64,000 bases of DNA from an uncultured SAR86 cluster bacterium (GTDB lineage: Bacteria; Pseudomonadota; Gammaproteobacteria; Magnimaribacterales; D2472), in the NCBI GenBank assembly GCA_902623685.1, contig CACNUQ010000001.1, positions 51,667-115,666 on the forward strand. The letters are read 5' to 3'. Below the pieces are notes generated by a model, which was given only the letters and a program-made list of their open reading frames with translations, ran no database searches and was not told the origin of the DNA. Shown one piece after another: positions 49,916 through 61,349 of the stretch. Each line of letters opens with the position of its first letter. Positions within the stretch are counted from its first letter, which is position 1. The position numbers were made by a program, and so were the translations under genes.

Positions 49916-52204
49916 ATGAGTGTAAATAAAAATATTGATTCAATAAGTCTTAAGGATTACGCCGAAGAATCTTATCTCAATTATTCAATGTACGTTATTT
50001 TGGATCGTGCTTTGCCGCATATCGGTGATGGCATGAAACCTGTTCAAAGAAGAATTTTATATGCAATGAGTGAGTTAGGTTTGAATGCAGGCTCAAAATA
50101 CAAAAAATCCGCTAGAACTGTTGGAGATGTTATTGGTAAATTCCATCCCCATGGAGATAGTGCTGCATACGAAGCAATGGTTTTAATGGCCCAGCACTTT
50201 TCTTTTAGATATCCCCTTGTTGATGGTCAAGGGAATTGGGGCACCCAAGATGATCCAAAGTCTTTTGCAGCAATGCGCTATACAGAATCAAAACTTACAG
50301 GATTTGCTGACTTACTTCTTTCAGAATTAAAACTTGGGACTGTAGATTGGCAGCCTAATTTCGATGGTTCATTATTAGAGCCAACTTTGTTGCCAGCAAA
50401 GATACCTAGCATTTTATTGAATGGGACCACTGGAATTGCTGTTGGAATGGCAACTGATATACCTTCTCACAACATAAACGAGGTAATAGATGCAGCCATT
50501 CATGTTCTAGACAACCCAAAAGCAACTACAAAAGACTTGTTAAAATATATTCAGGGTCCTGACTTTAGTAATCCTGCGCCGATTATTGTTTCTCCAGAAG
50601 AACTTCAAGAAATGTATGAAACTGGTAGAGGAGGTTTTAAAGTACGAGCTTATTGGGAAGTTGAAGGTAATGATATCATTGTAAGAGCTCTTCCTCATCA
50701 GGCTTCCGGATCCAAAATTCTTGAACAAATTGCAGATCAAATGCAAAAAAAGAAACTTCCAATGGTTGTTGATTTAAGGGACGAAGGAGATCATAAAGAG
50801 CCTGTAAGACTTGTCATCTCATTAAAATCTAACAGAATTAATGCCACTGAAGTTATGAATCATCTTTATGCGACATCCGATCTTCAAAAAAACTACCGAG
50901 TAAACATAAATTTAATTAGTCTAAAGGGCTCACCTAGAGTCTTCGCACTTAATGACTTAATAGCTGAATGGTTAAAATTTAGGCAGCAAACTGTTTTAAG
51001 GAAATTGGAGCATAGACTCGATCAAGTAGATGACAGAATTCATGTATTAGAAGGATTATTAATTGTTTATCTTGATCTTGATAAGGTGATAAAAATTATA
51101 AGAAATAGCGATGATCCCAAAAAAGAATTAATGAAAACCTTTAAAATTTCAGAGATTCAAACAAATGCCATTTTAGAAATACGACTAAGACAGTTAGCAA
51201 AACTAGAGCAAATTAAGCTTGAGGAAGAGAAAGGTGACCTTGAATTAGAGCGGGCAGAGCTTGAAAAGATCATTAAATCTAAAGCTAGATTAAAAACATA
51301 TATAAAAAAAGAGCTTAAAGATATTAAAGATAAATTTGGAGATGAGAGAAATTCTCCAATTGAGTCTTTTTCAGATGCAAAGGCATTTTCTGAGGAAGAA
51401 ATGGTTACATCAGAAGCTGTAACAATTATCCTTTCAAAAGCAGGATGGATCAGATCTGCTAAGGGGCACGATGTAGAAGCGAGCAATCTTACTTACAGAG
51501 GAGATGATAAATTACAGCATTTTGCTAAAGGAAGAAATAATCAAACAGCTGTTTTCTTTGATTCAGGAGGCAAGGCTTTCTCACTTCAAGCACATTCTTT
51601 GCCATCTGCAAGAGGTATGGGAGAGCCGTTGACTGGTCGAATTGTATCTGAGTCTGGGGTTACTTTTGAAGGAGTTGCAATTGGAGCAGATGAATCAAAA
51701 ATATTAATCTCTAATACTGCTGGGTTTGGTTTTATAAGCATCCTGTCAAATGCTATTTCAAATCAAAAGAAAGGTAAGCAATTTATGAAAACTCCCGAAG
51801 GATCAAATGTGATCTCGCCAATTGCAATCAATGAAAATCACAAGTTTGTTGTTGCTACTTTTCGCTCGCAGGATAGAAAAGGCAAAGTAAGCAATAAGAT
51901 GTTGATTTTTCCAATTGAAGAATTACCAATTTTGCCTAAAGGAAAGGGAAACAAGTTAGTGAGTATCTCTTCCAAAGCTTTTAAAGATAAATCTGAATTT
52001 ATGATGGATGTTTGTTGCTTGGCTGAAGATAGTAAGCTACATATTCATCACGAGGGAAAAACTGGTGGTAAAACTTGGACGATTAAAGAATTGGAAGATT
52101 ATATTTCCTCAAGAGCAAAGCGAGGTAGAGTCTTGCCAACAGGATATAACGGAATGATCAAATTAAAGGAGATAGAAATATCTAAGGATGCTGCTCCTGA
52201 ATAA
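49916..52204 (+). CDS. parC: DNA topoisomerase IV subunit A
   Basis: [43 protein letters not shown]. Confidence 0.97.
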   Translation: MSVNKNIDSISLKDYAEESYLNYSMYVILDRALPHIGDGMKPVQRRILYAMSELGLNAGSKYKKSARTVGDVIGKFHPHGDSAAYEAMVLMAQHFSFRYPLVDGQGNWGTQDDPKSFAAMRYTESKLTGFADLLLSELKLGTVDWQPNFDGSLLEPTLLPAKIPSILLNGTTGIAVGMATDIPSHNINEVIDAAIHVLDNPKATTKDLLKYIQGPDFSNPAPIIVSPEELQEMYETGRGGFKVRAYWEVEGNDIIVRALPHQASGSKILEQIADQMQKKKLPMVVDLRDEGDHKEPVRLVISLKSNRINATEVMNHLYATSDLQKNYRVNINLISLKGSPRVFALNDLIAEWLKFRQQTVLRKLEHRLDQVDDRIHVLEGLLIVYLDLDKVIKIIRNSDDPKKELMKTFKISEIQTNAILEIRLRQLAKLEQIKLEEEKGDLELERAELEKIIKSKARLKTYIKKELKDIKDKFGDERNSPIESFSDAKAFSEEEMVTSEAVTIILSKAGWIRSAKGHDVEASNLTYRGDDKLQHFAKGRNNQTAVFFDSGGKAFSLQAHSLPSARGMGEPLTGRIVSESGVTFEGVAIGADESKILISNTAGFGFISILSNAISNQKKGKQFMKTPEGSNVISPIAINENHKFVVATFRSQDRKGKVSNKMLIFPIEELPILPKGKGNKLVSISSKAFKDKSEFMMDVCCLAEDSKLHIHHEGKTGGKTWTIKELEDYISSRAKRGRVLPTGYNGMIKLKEIEISKDAAPE

Positions 52205-53393
52205 CGGCTTTTAAAATTTTTAGTCCTTTCAAGATAAGGTGATCTTCAATAATAAGACTTGGCGCTAATCTAATAGTATTATCGTTTGCTTTAAGTATCA
52301 TTAATCCTTTTTCATAACAAGCTTTCATGACGGTATCTAGATTAAAATTCTCCTTAACGTTTAATTTACACCCAATCCATAGTCCAGAACTTCTAATAGC
52401 ACTGAAACACTTATAATTTTCGTTAATTCTTTCCAACTCTTTTAAAAAGATTTTTTCTTTTTTCTTGACCCCATTAAGCAATGTCTTTTTTGTAAGTAGA
52501 GTCATAACTTGCTCAGCTACTGCACAAGCAAGAGGGTTCCCACCAAATGTTGTACCATGAGATCCAAGTTGCATGCATTGCGCTATTTTAGTTGTAGTTA
52601 AAACTGCTGCTATTGGAATTCCGCCACCAATTCCTTTGGCACAGCACATTATATCTGGCTTAATACCGAACTGTTCATATGCAAATAAGGTTCCTGTTCT
52701 TCCAGCTCCCGATTGAACTTCGTCTATAATAATCAAAACTTTATTTTGTTTGCATAGCTTCTTAATTTTTTGTATGAAATCTTTTTTTGCCTTAATGATG
52801 CCAGCTTCGCCCTGAATTAGCTCTATTATTACTGCTGCTGTATTTCTGGTTATTACTTTTTCTAAATTTTTTGTTTCATTAAAAGGATGATTTTTAATTC
52901 CACTTGGCATGGGCCCGAATCCTTTAACAAATCTGTCTGAGCCATTAAGAGCAATTGCCATCATGGTTCGACCATGAAAAGCATCAGAGAAAGACACTAT
53001 TTCATTTTTCTTTTTACTTATATTTTCATATGCATGTTTCCTAGCTGTTTTGATTGCACCTTCAACTGCCTCCGCTCCAGAATTAGCAAAAAAAACTTTT
53101 TCAGCAAAGGTGTGCTTGCAAAAAATTTTAGCCAATCTCATGGCTGGCTCGTTAACCAACAGGTTCGAAAGATGCCATATCTTTTTGGATTGCTCTACTA
53201 ATGCTTTATTTAGAATTGGATGGCAATGTCCTAAACTAGATACAGCAATTCCAGAAGCAAAGTCTATATACTTTTTGTTTTTTTTGTCCCAGACTATAGA
53301 TCCCTTTGCTTTTGATGGAATAAAGTTAGCCGGCTTGTATGTCGGCATCATATATCGGTTAAAATCTGTTCGAGTGACCATTATAGGGACCAT
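52182..53393 (-). CDS. argD: Acetyl/succinylornithine aminotransferase (class III PLP)
   Basis: [40 protein letters not shown]; the start may be 53381. Confidence 0.9.
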   Translation of the reverse strand: MVPIMVTRTDFNRYMMPTYKPANFIPSKAKGSIVWDKKNKKYIDFASGIAVSSLGHCHPILNKALVEQSKKIWHLSNLLVNEPAMRLAKIFCKHTFAEKVFFANSGAEAVEGAIKTARKHAYENISKKKNEIVSFSDAFHGRTMMAIALNGSDRFVKGFGPMPSGIKNHPFNETKNLEKVITRNTAAVIIELIQGEAGIIKAKKDFIQKIKKLCKQNKVLIIIDEVQSGAGRTGTLFAYEQFGIKPDIMCCAKGIGGGIPIAAVLTTTKIAQCMQLGSHGTTFGGNPLACAVAEQVMTLLTKKTLLNGVKKKEKIFLKELERINENYKCFSAIRSSGLWIGCKLNVKENFNLDTVMKACYEKGLMILKANDNTIRLAPSLIIEDHLILKGLKILKAVIQEQHP

Positions 53394-53399
53394 TGTAAT

Positions 53400-53891
53400 A
53401 TGATTAAGATTGAAGAGACTACAGAAAATAATTTTTTAATAGAGATTTCCCCTAATTATTCATTAAGAGGCTGGAATAGAATAATATTTTTAAGTAGTCT
53501 AGTTTTTATATGTCTTTCCATTGGAGTATTTTTTCTGATAATGGGTGCAGGGTTAGTTCTCCCATTTGCCGGTTTAGAGGTAGTTCTAGTTTTAACTTGT
53601 TTCTATCTTAGTTTTCGTTGGAGCAAACAAAAAGAAATCATTTATATCTCAAATGATAAAATTAAATTAGAGAAGGGTAGACTTTTTAAAGAAAAGACTT
53701 GGGAAGAATTTAGAAGTTTTGTTGTGCTTGAGGTAGAGAGGGATCAACATAATTCTGATAAATTTTGTTTTCAATCTAAGGGGAGGCGTTTTTATTTTGG
53801 ATCTTTTTTAAATGACGAAGACAAACTGATTCTTAAAAATGAACTTAAAAGAATTATCAATCAGCTCAACACTTTATCTCCAGGCCTTTAA
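53400..53891 (+). CDS. DUF2244 family membrane protein
   Basis: PN.SL, GA..VLPFAGLE, G.FL...K motifs. Confidence 0.8.
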   Translation: MIKIEETTENNFLIEISPNYSLRGWNRIIFLSSLVFICLSIGVFFLIMGAGLVLPFAGLEVVLVLTCFYLSFRWSKQKEIIYISNDKIKLEKGRLFKEKTWEEFRSFVVLEVERDQHNSDKFCFQSKGRRFYFGSFLNDEDKLILKNELKRIINQLNTLSPGL

Positions 53892-55115
53892 TTTTTTTGG
53901 AATCATTTCCATTTTTCCAGCTTGATAATTTGTATTTTTAATTTCCTTAGATTTTCCACCAATTAAAGGCTTAAAATATTGTCTGGCCTTATTTGTCATC
54001 CCAAATCCATCAGATGCAATGAATCCCGCAGGAAGTTTTTTTTCAACATTAGCAATTTTTTTAAGCGGCGCTGGAACGATCTCCCATTTGTATGGAGAGG
54101 AACTTTTTCTTTTGATCACTGGCATCACTCCATTAAATCCTTTCATTGCATACTGAACTGCCTTTTTACCTACTTGATATGCATGGATTCTATCCACTTC
54201 AGATGATAAGTGAGTTGCGCTTCTTTGAAGATAATCAGCGACAGCCCAATGATTTTTAAGTTTTAATTTTTTATTAATTAAGCCTGCTAAATAAGGTGCT
54301 ACACCTCCAAGTTGGCTGTGACCAAATGCATCTACAGAGTCTGACTCAGCTAAAAATTTACCTTTAGAATTTTTGACGCCCTCTGAAGCAACAATAACGC
54401 AAAACCCATTTTTTTTAACCATTTGTTTTACTTTCGCTAAAAATTTAACCTGATTAAAATTCACTTCTGGGAGCAATATAATATGAGGAGCATTCGGATG
54501 ACTCTCTTGGGCTATGCAACTTGATCCAGCTATCCAGCCAGCATGTCTGCCCATAACTTCAAGAATAAATACTTTTGTTGAAGTTTCGCACATTGACTCG
54601 ACATCCAAAGCGGCTTCAATTGTTGAGGTAACAATGTATTTAGCAACTGAGCCAAATCCTGGACAACAGTCGGTTACTGCAAGATCATTATCAACAGTTT
54701 TAGGTATTGCAATGCATTGAAGAGGGTAGTTGAGCTTATTGCTTATTTGTGAAATTTTCAGAGCAGTATCTGCAGAATCATTACCTCCATTATAAAAAAA
54801 ATAGCCAATATTATGAGCTTCGAAAACTTCAATTAACCTTTCATACTCTAGTAAATTTTCATTGATGTCTTTTAATTTATATCTACAAGAACCAAAGACA
54901 CCACCTGGACGAAATTGCAGACTTTCAATAAATTTTTTTGATTCTTTTGAGGTATCTATTAAGTCTTCCCTAAGAGCTCCAAGGATTCCATTTTTAGCAG
55001 CATAAACTTTTACAATTTTTTTAGATTTTCTAGCCTCCAAGATTACCGCACTAGCAGAAGCATTAATTACTGATGTAACTCCACCTGATTGAGCATAAAG
55101 CGCATTTTTTTTCAT
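53874..55115 (-). CDS. pfp: 6-phosphofructokinase, pyrophosphate-dependent type
   Basis: QSGG.T.VIN, GGNDS (Asp at the phosphoryl-donor position), PKTVDND, EVMGRHAGW, DAFGH.QLGG. Confidence 0.88.
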   Translation of the reverse strand: MKKNALYAQSGGVTSVINASASAVILEARKSKKIVKVYAAKNGILGALREDLIDTSKESKKFIESLQFRPGGVFGSCRYKLKDINENLLEYERLIEVFEAHNIGYFFYNGGNDSADTALKISQISNKLNYPLQCIAIPKTVDNDLAVTDCCPGFGSVAKYIVTSTIEAALDVESMCETSTKVFILEVMGRHAGWIAGSSCIAQESHPNAPHIILLPEVNFNQVKFLAKVKQMVKKNGFCVIVASEGVKNSKGKFLAESDSVDAFGHSQLGGVAPYLAGLINKKLKLKNHWAVADYLQRSATHLSSEVDRIHAYQVGKKAVQYAMKGFNGVMPVIKRKSSSPYKWEIVPAPLKKIANVEKKLPAGFIASDGFGMTNKARQYFKPLIGGKSKEIKNTNYQAGKMEMIPKKLKAWR

Positions 55116-55175
55116 TAGTTTATAAATTAATTAATATGGTCTATGGTAACAAATGTTACCGATAAATATTTAAAA

Positions 55176-56477
55176 ATGAAAATTCATATTTTAGGCATTT
55201 GTGGCACCTTTATGGGAGGCCTTGCGCAGATTCTTGTTGAAAAAGGACATACTGTTTCTGGGAGCGATAAGCAATTTTATCCTCCCATGTCAGATCAACT
55301 CAATTCTCTGGGGGTAGACATGATAGAGGGCTATGAAGAATCTGCATTGCCTCTTGCAGATTTATATGTAATTGGTAATGCATTAAGTCGAGGCAACCCG
55401 TCTGTTGAATATATTTTAAGTAAAAAGCTCGACTATACTTCGGGTCCTAAAATGTTAGGAGAGATTATTCAAGACAAAACGGTAATTGCAGTATCCGGAA
55501 CACACGGCAAAACATCAACATCTTTTTTAATATGTGAAATTTTTCAAGCTAACGGCATTGATGTTGGATTTTTAGTTGGTGGCGTGAGCGACTCATTCAA
55601 AAATTCTGCACGCCTAGGATCGTCGGATTTTTTTGTTATTGAGGCAGATGAATACGATTCAGCTTTTTTTGATAAGCGCTCAAAATTTATTCACTATCAT
55701 CCTGATACTTTCATTATAAATAACATTGAATTCGACCATGCTGACATATTTGAAGACTTGTCAGATATTTTGAAACAATTTCATCATGCTGTTAGAACAG
55801 TTCCTAGCAATGGCCACATTTTATATCACTGTAACGATAAAAATGTTTTAGAGCTTCTAGAAATGGGTTGCTGGTCTAATTCACATGCAATAGGACAAAA
55901 AGAAAACATTCAATTTTCAATTGAAGAAGGTTTAATTAAATTTGAGAGTGAAAAATATAATATTAATGATCTTCCTATGCATGGTTCTCACAACCTAAAT
56001 AATGCGGTAATGGCAATGTATGCTGCTTTTTTACATGGCATTCATCTGAGAGAGTCCTTTGCAGCTCTCAAAGAATCAAAAGGTGTCAAAAGAAGGTTTG
56101 AAATAGTGTTTCAGGATAGAAATAAATTTGTTATCGATGACTTTGCTCATCATCCCACCGCAATTAAAAATACAGTTCAAGCTACTGTGAGTCACTTTGC
56201 TACTAAGAAAATACTTGGAATTGTTGAACTGGCTTCAAACACTATGTCACAGGGGCATCATGGGCAAGATCTTTACAAGTCTACATGTGAACTAAATAAA
56301 GTTTATTGGCTTAATTTATCAGGTAAAAAGAATCAGGAATTTGAATATGATTCACTCAAAGCGCTATTGGAAAATTTAAAAAAGGAAATTGAAAATTTTG
56401 ATGTTATTCTAATTATGAGTAATAAAGATAGTAAAAAAATATCGGAGCCAATAATTGACCTCATCAAAAGCAAATAA
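55176..56477 (+). CDS. mpl: Murein peptide ligase
   Basis: IHILGICGTFMGGLA, YPPMS.QL, GTHGKTST, EADEYD.AFFDKRSKF, DDFAHHPTAI; ATG 55176 preferred over the track start 55143. Confidence 0.95.
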   Translation: MKIHILGICGTFMGGLAQILVEKGHTVSGSDKQFYPPMSDQLNSLGVDMIEGYEESALPLADLYVIGNALSRGNPSVEYILSKKLDYTSGPKMLGEIIQDKTVIAVSGTHGKTSTSFLICEIFQANGIDVGFLVGGVSDSFKNSARLGSSDFFVIEADEYDSAFFDKRSKFIHYHPDTFIINNIEFDHADIFEDLSDILKQFHHAVRTVPSNGHILYHCNDKNVLELLEMGCWSNSHAIGQKENIQFSIEEGLIKFESEKYNINDLPMHGSHNLNNAVMAMYAAFLHGIHLRESFAALKESKGVKRRFEIVFQDRNKFVIDDFAHHPTAIKNTVQATVSHFATKKILGIVELASNTMSQGHHGQDLYKSTCELNKVYWLNLSGKKNQEFEYDSLKALLENLKKEIENFDVILIMSNKDSKKISEPIIDLIKSK

Positions 56478-57054
56478 ACTGCCAGTATTCCCCTTGGGAT
56501 TAGTTGTATTGCCAGGAACTATACAAGCACTTCAGATTTTTGAACCTAGATACCTTTCAATGGTAAAAAATTGCATGAGAACTGATACTGGCTTTGTAAT
56601 CACCCTAAGTACAAATAATCAATCTGGTGAAAGTTTTATGTCGCAGGGAACTTTTGTTGAAATAATCGATTTCAATCAATTACCCAATGGATTACTAGGG
56701 ATAACTGTTAAAGGAACTCAAAAAGTATCAATAAAATCTGTTGAGCAACTTGAATCTGGGCTCCATTACGCTTCTATTTCTCCAATAGCTGAGCCTGTAG
56801 TTGATGATCAGGCTGTCTTAGCTCAATTTCCTGAACTAATAAATGTTCTTAGTCAACTCAAGGAACATCCACAAGTTAAATCTTTGCCTTTAGAGATTGA
56901 TCTTCTGTCAGCTGAATCTGTAAGTTATCAATTAGCAGGCCTCATTCCAATAACCCCGATTCAAAAACAATCTTTGCTTGAAGCTTTTGATGCATCTCAA
57001 CGCATGAACATGCTTGCCAAAATAGTCAATAAAATTTCAGAAAACTCCTCTTAA
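56455..57054 (+). CDS. Stand-alone Lon N-terminal (substrate-binding) domain protein
   Basis: LPVFPL..V.LPG...L.IFEPRY..MV; KQ.LLE; no ATPase or protease domain. Confidence 0.88.
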   Translation: MTSSKANKLPVFPLGLVVLPGTIQALQIFEPRYLSMVKNCMRTDTGFVITLSTNNQSGESFMSQGTFVEIIDFNQLPNGLLGITVKGTQKVSIKSVEQLESGLHYASISPIAEPVVDDQAVLAQFPELINVLSQLKEHPQVKSLPLEIDLLSAESVSYQLAGLIPITPIQKQSLLEAFDASQRMNMLAKIVNKISENSS

Positions 57055-58058
57055 ATTTTTAATAACTGCTTGCCTTTATTTTCTCCAGTAAAGAGTCTAT
57101 TTAAAGTTTGCGGGCAATTTTCAATACCTTCTTGAATGTCTTCTCTATGTTGCAGTTTTCCCTCCAAAACCCATGTTGCAATTTCTTCCAACGCTTTTTC
57201 AGAATTAGGTAAATAATCTAGAACTAAAAAACCTTGCATTGTTGCTCTTTTGATAATTAAAGAAAATAGATTATTTGGACCATCCGCTGGTCTAGTTGAG
57301 TTGTATCCAGACGAAATTCCCCCGCATAATAGAACACGAGCATTGATATTGATTAACTCAAGAACAGTTTCAAGTATTTCACCACCAACATTATCGAAAT
57401 ATATATCAATTCCATTCTTAGCTACTTTTGGTAATTCTTTATGCACATCATAGTTTTTATAGTCAATTACATCATCGGCACCTATGCTTTTTAGCCAATC
57501 ACATTTTTCTTTGCCTCCTGCTATTCCTATTACATGACATCCCTTAAGTTTTGCAATCTGGACCACAACAGAGCCTGTAGCACCTGCAGCTCCTGATACT
57601 AAAACCGTTTCTCCAGATTTTGGCTTTCCAAGCTCAACCAATCCATAGTATGCAGTTATGCCAGTTGAGCCCATTACGTTTAACATGGTTGGCATAGGCA
57701 GGAGATCAGGAATCACTCTGAATCTGTCTTCAACACTAGGCTTTGTAAGACAATGAGTTTGCCAACCAACTAAACCGAAGGTTAAGTCACCAGTTTTGTA
57801 ATCAGGATTTTTAGAATCTATTACTCTACCTATTCCGCCTGATCGAACAACTTCATCAATTTGAACAGGAGGAAGATAACCTGGTACATCATTCAACCAA
57901 CTTCTTTGGGTTGGATCAAAAGAGAGGTATATATTCTCAATGAGTATCTCGCCCTCATTAATTGCCGGCAGCTCCTCATTAACAAGTTCAAAATCTGAAT
58001 CTTTTACTAAACCAATGGGCCTTTCTTTCAAAATCCATTTTTTATTTTTAATCATCAT
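57051..58058 (-). CDS. NADP-dependent oxidoreductase, MDR PTGR/CurA-like
   Basis: L..RP.G, YLS.DP..R, TAY.GL, SGAAGATGS, FDNVGG, LF.G.N.GK; ATG 58058 preferred over the track start 58100. Confidence 0.9.
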   Translation of the reverse strand: MMIKNKKWILKERPIGLVKDSDFELVNEELPAINEGEILIENIYLSFDPTQRSWLNDVPGYLPPVQIDEVVRSGGIGRVIDSKNPDYKTGDLTFGLVGWQTHCLTKPSVEDRFRVIPDLLPMPTMLNVMGSTGITAYYGLVELGKPKSGETVLVSGAAGATGSVVVQIAKLKGCHVIGIAGGKEKCDWLKSIGADDVIDYKNYDVHKELPKVAKNGIDIYFDNVGGEILETVLELININARVLLCGGISSGYNSTRPADGPNNLFSLIIKRATMQGFLVLDYLPNSEKALEEIATWVLEGKLQHREDIQEGIENCPQTLNRLFTGENKGKQLLKI

Positions 58059-58114
58059 GACAAACCCCCCAAGAAAATTTCTTTTTTTGTCTTTCAACAA
58101 ATTTATATCTTACT

Positions 58115-58555
58115 TCATTCATAGGTAGCCTTCCTTTGAAGAGGAGGTTTTTTTGCCTTAAACCTAATCCAATTAAGGGCTTTAAATATAGATGGTATTA
58201 AAACGAGTTTTTGTTCCAGTTTATATTTGCCTGGATAGTTAACCAACAATAATCCAGTAATTATTGTAAGTAATCCTTGGCCTGGTAAAACCAACATCAA
58301 TAGACCTCCAATGATTAGCGATAGCCCGATTATATTTTTTCCAATTATTACTACAAATCTAAGGATCGGTTTTTGTTCTTGCCATTTAGAGGGTTGTCTT
58401 TTAGAAGGCAAAAAATAATCCTCGGGTATTTGAGCAATAAACCAACTAATCCCTAAAATACTGATCAAAAAAATAAATATAGAGGATATCCCCATACCAA
58501 TAAGAACTTCAGGATGATCAACAAACCATTGGATAAAAGAATTAATAAAATTCAT
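58115..58555 (-). CDS. PGPGW-domain membrane protein
   Basis: IP.DYF, KN..G, MLVLPGQGLLTI, PGK..LE, NW.R.KA.K.PL. Confidence 0.8.
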   Translation of the reverse strand: MNFINSFIQWFVDHPEVLIGMGISSIFIFLISILGISWFIAQIPEDYFLPSKRQPSKWQEQKPILRFVVIIGKNIIGLSLIIGGLLMLVLPGQGLLTIITGLLLVNYPGKYKLEQKLVLIPSIFKALNWIRFKAKKPPLQRKATYE

Positions 58556-58714
58556 TTATCTATCTTAATCAAAAGATTGATTGAAAGAGTATATAAATTA
58601 GATATATTTTATAGATTTATTAAAATAAGTTAGATATTCTGATAATTAATCTTGTACATAAACTTAAAACGACTTCAAAAAATTTTAAAAATCATTATCA
58701 GGTGAACAACATCT

Positions 58715-59050
58715 ATGGACCTTGATTTAAAAACAATTTGTCTTGAATCCCTAAATGACTTGAAAGCGCAAAATATTCTAGTTTTAGATATTCGAGATAT
58801 ATCAGGCTTTGCTGATTGGCTTGTTATTGGTACAGCATCTTCTTCAAGGAATGCAAAAGCAATTGCTAATAAATTGATTGAATCAATTAAAGTGCATCAG
58901 AAAAATTTAGTTGGTATTGAGGGTGAAGATGACTCTGAGTGGATATTAATTGATTGTGGTGATGTTATTGTAAATATCATGCAAAAAGAAACTCGTGAAT
59001 TTTATGATCTAGAGAGTCTGTGGGGTGAAAAGACTCTCGTTTCAGCATAA
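58715..59050 (+). CDS. rsfS: Ribosome silencing factor
   Basis: D.KA.NI..LD, W.L.D.GDVIV.IM....R.FY.LE.LW. Confidence 0.94.
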   Translation: MDLDLKTICLESLNDLKAQNILVLDIRDISGFADWLVIGTASSSRNAKAIANKLIESIKVHQKNLVGIEGEDDSEWILIDCGDVIVNIMQKETREFYDLESLWGEKTLVSA

Positions 59051-59514
59051 TGAAATGCAAAATAATTAGCATCAGCCATAAGCTATCTAATTGGGAGCAT
59101 CAAGCACTTCAATTTTATTCAAAACAACTGCCCTCAAGTTTTAAAATCTCCTATGCTGAGGCAAAGCCCGCATCTTCAAAAAATTTAGATAAAGAATCAA
59201 TATTAGAGGCCGAAAGACTAGAGCTTGTTAAATATATCGACAGTGATTCACATGTAATTTTGTGGGACAGAAAAGGAAAAAAAATCAACAGTAATAGTTT
59301 CGCAGCCCTTTTGCAAGATAAGATTGATCTCGGAATAAGTATAAACTTTATCATTGGAGGTTCGCATGGGGCGTCAGAGAAATTATTCAAAACATCAAAT
59401 TTAATTTTATCAGCCTCAGAGTTAACTTTTCCTCACAGACTTTTTAAAATATTTTTAATGGAACAAATATACAGAGCAAGCACGATTCATAGAAATCATC
59501 CATATCACAAATAA
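59050..59514 (+). CDS. rlmH: 23S rRNA pseudouridine-1915 N3-methyltransferase
   Basis: F.IGG..G, S.LTFPH.L....L.EQIYRA, HPYHK. Confidence 0.93.
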   Translation: MKCKIISISHKLSNWEHQALQFYSKQLPSSFKISYAEAKPASSKNLDKESILEAERLELVKYIDSDSHVILWDRKGKKINSNSFAALLQDKIDLGISINFIIGGSHGASEKLFKTSNLILSASELTFPHRLFKIFLMEQIYRASTIHRNHPYHK

Positions 59515-61349
59515 TGATTTTTGAAGAGAGACAAATCGAGAAAAATAATTTTTCTTCAAGAGCAATTATTCTTTTTGTAATAATTATGCTAAGTCTGCTT
59601 GCAGTTCTCATACAGGTCTTTACTTTACAGATATCTGGATACAATGATTATCAGATCGCTGCACTAAAAAATAAAAATTATACAGTTCCTGTGCAAGCAT
59701 TAAGGGGCGAAATTTTTGATAGAAATGGAAAAGTCCTTATCAAAAATGAACCAACTTTCGATTTAATTACACAACCTAATTTAATTGATGATATAGATTC
59801 TTTCTTAGATGAGATTCAGCCTGTAATTTTCCTATCAGAATCAGACAAATTTCAGTATAAGAAGCTCCACAAAGAAAAAGCATTTGCAAATAAAGAATTG
59901 GTTCTTAAAAAAGATCTTTCTAAGAAAGAAATCGCTAGATTTAATGTAAGGAGTTTTAATTTTAAAAATGCATTTATAGCAAAGCGCTATAGAAGGATAA
60001 GCGAGTATCCTAATATTTTTTCTCATGTTTTAGGCTATACCTCACGAACTGAAGATGCTTATAAATCAATGCCTGAGATACCCCGAAGCCATTGGAGAGA
60101 TGCTGAATTAGTATATGCGCAGGGTCTTATCACGGGTCGAACAGGATTAGAGGAGATATATGAGGACCATTTAAGTGGAATTCACGGTGAAAGAGTATAT
60201 GAAATAAATGCAAGAGGAAAACTTGTTCAATCATTGTCTCTTATAAAACCTTCAAAAGGATCTGATTTGTATACAAATTTAGATATCGAAGCTCAAAAAA
60301 GTGCAGCAAAATTCCTTGGTGATAGAAGAGGTGCGGTTGTTGCAATAGACCTTGATTCAGGCGGGATCAACGTTTTATATAGTTCTCCAACTTACTCAAT
60401 AAATCAGCTATCAAACGGAATGAATGAAGATGATTTTCAGATTCTAATTAATGATGCTGATAAACCTTTTTTTAATAGAGCTCTCCAAGGAAGATATCCA
60501 CCAGCATCAACTATTAAGCCTGCTATTGGAATGTATGGGCTATCAAACAATATTGTTGATTGGGATTTTGAGATGAAAGATCCAGGGTTTTTTACTCTAC
60601 CGGAGACTGGAAGAGTTTTCAGAGGATGGCGAAAGGGAGGTCATGGCAAAGTTAATTTGCAAAAAGCATTTTTAGTTAGCTCTAATACTTACTTTTTTTC
60701 TCTAGCATATCAAGCTGATATTGAGGAATTATCTAATCACTTAAAAAGTTTAGGCTTCGGACAGAAAGTTTGCTTGGATTGTTTTGATGAGGATCAAGCA
60801 TTGGTCCCAACTCCTGAATGGAAATACAGCATTATGAACGTAGGTTGGGTAAAGGGGGATACGGTAAATATAGGCGTTGGACAAGGTTATTTATTAGTAA
60901 CTCCAATGCAGTTGGCAAACTATGCTTCTTTGCTAGCAAAAAAGGGAATATTCAATAAACCTGCAATTGTTACTCAAGATAAATTAAAAAAACCTTTAAA
61001 AATTTGGCAAGATAGCAGATTTAATGATTCAGATTGGAATAAAATGCATCAGGCTTTATTAGGAGTTATTGAAAGCGACTATGGAACTGCAAGAAGCATT
61101 CGTGATCTTAAGGAATTTGAAGTAGCTGGAAAATCTGGTACAGCTGAGCTTGTAAGCTTAGATAGTAAGGAAGCGTATCAAGAAGTTAGAACATCAGAAT
61201 TGTTGAGAGATCACTCTATTATTATTGTTTTTGGTCCAATGCCTAATCCCAAATATGCTGTTTCAGTAGTAATTGAAAATGGTGAGAGTGGTGGAGCTGT
61301 TGCTGGACCAGTTGCAATTGAGGTTTTAAAGAGCCTGATTAATGAATAA
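59514..61349 (+). CDS. mrdA: Penicillin-binding protein 2
   Basis: RG.IFDRNG, STIK (SxxK), SSN, KSG; ENG..GG..A.P. Confidence 0.95.
   Translation: MIFEERQIEKNNFSSRAIILFVIIMLSLLAVLIQVFTLQISGYNDYQIAALKNKNYTVPVQALRGEIFDRNGKVLIKNEPTFDLITQPNLIDDIDSFLDEIQPVIFLSESDKFQYKKLHKEKAFANKELVLKKDLSKKEIARFNVRSFNFKNAFIAKRYRRISEYPNIFSHVLGYTSRTEDAYKSMPEIPRSHWRDAELVYAQGLITGRTGLEEIYEDHLSGIHGERVYEINARGKLVQSLSLIKPSKGSDLYTNLDIEAQKSAAKFLGDRRGAVVAIDLDSGGINVLYSSPTYSINQLSNGMNEDDFQILINDADKPFFNRALQGRYPPASTIKPAIGMYGLSNNIVDWDFEMKDPGFFTLPETGRVFRGWRKGGHGKVNLQKAFLVSSNTYFFSLAYQADIEELSNHLKSLGFGQKVCLDCFDEDQALVPTPEWKYSIMNVGWVKGDTVNIGVGQGYLLVTPMQLANYASLLAKKGIFNKPAIVTQDKLKKPLKIWQDSRFNDSDWNKMHQALLGVIESDYGTARSIRDLKEFEVAGKSGTAELVSLDSKEAYQEVRTSELLRDHSIIIVFGPMPNPKYAVSVVIENGESGGAVAGPVAIEVLKSLINE

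Noticed and set aside
58556-58714. AT-rich gap before rsfS as a replication origin or ncRNA
   Set aside because: No DnaA-box cluster or stable stems seen; consistent with an ordinary divergent promoter region.
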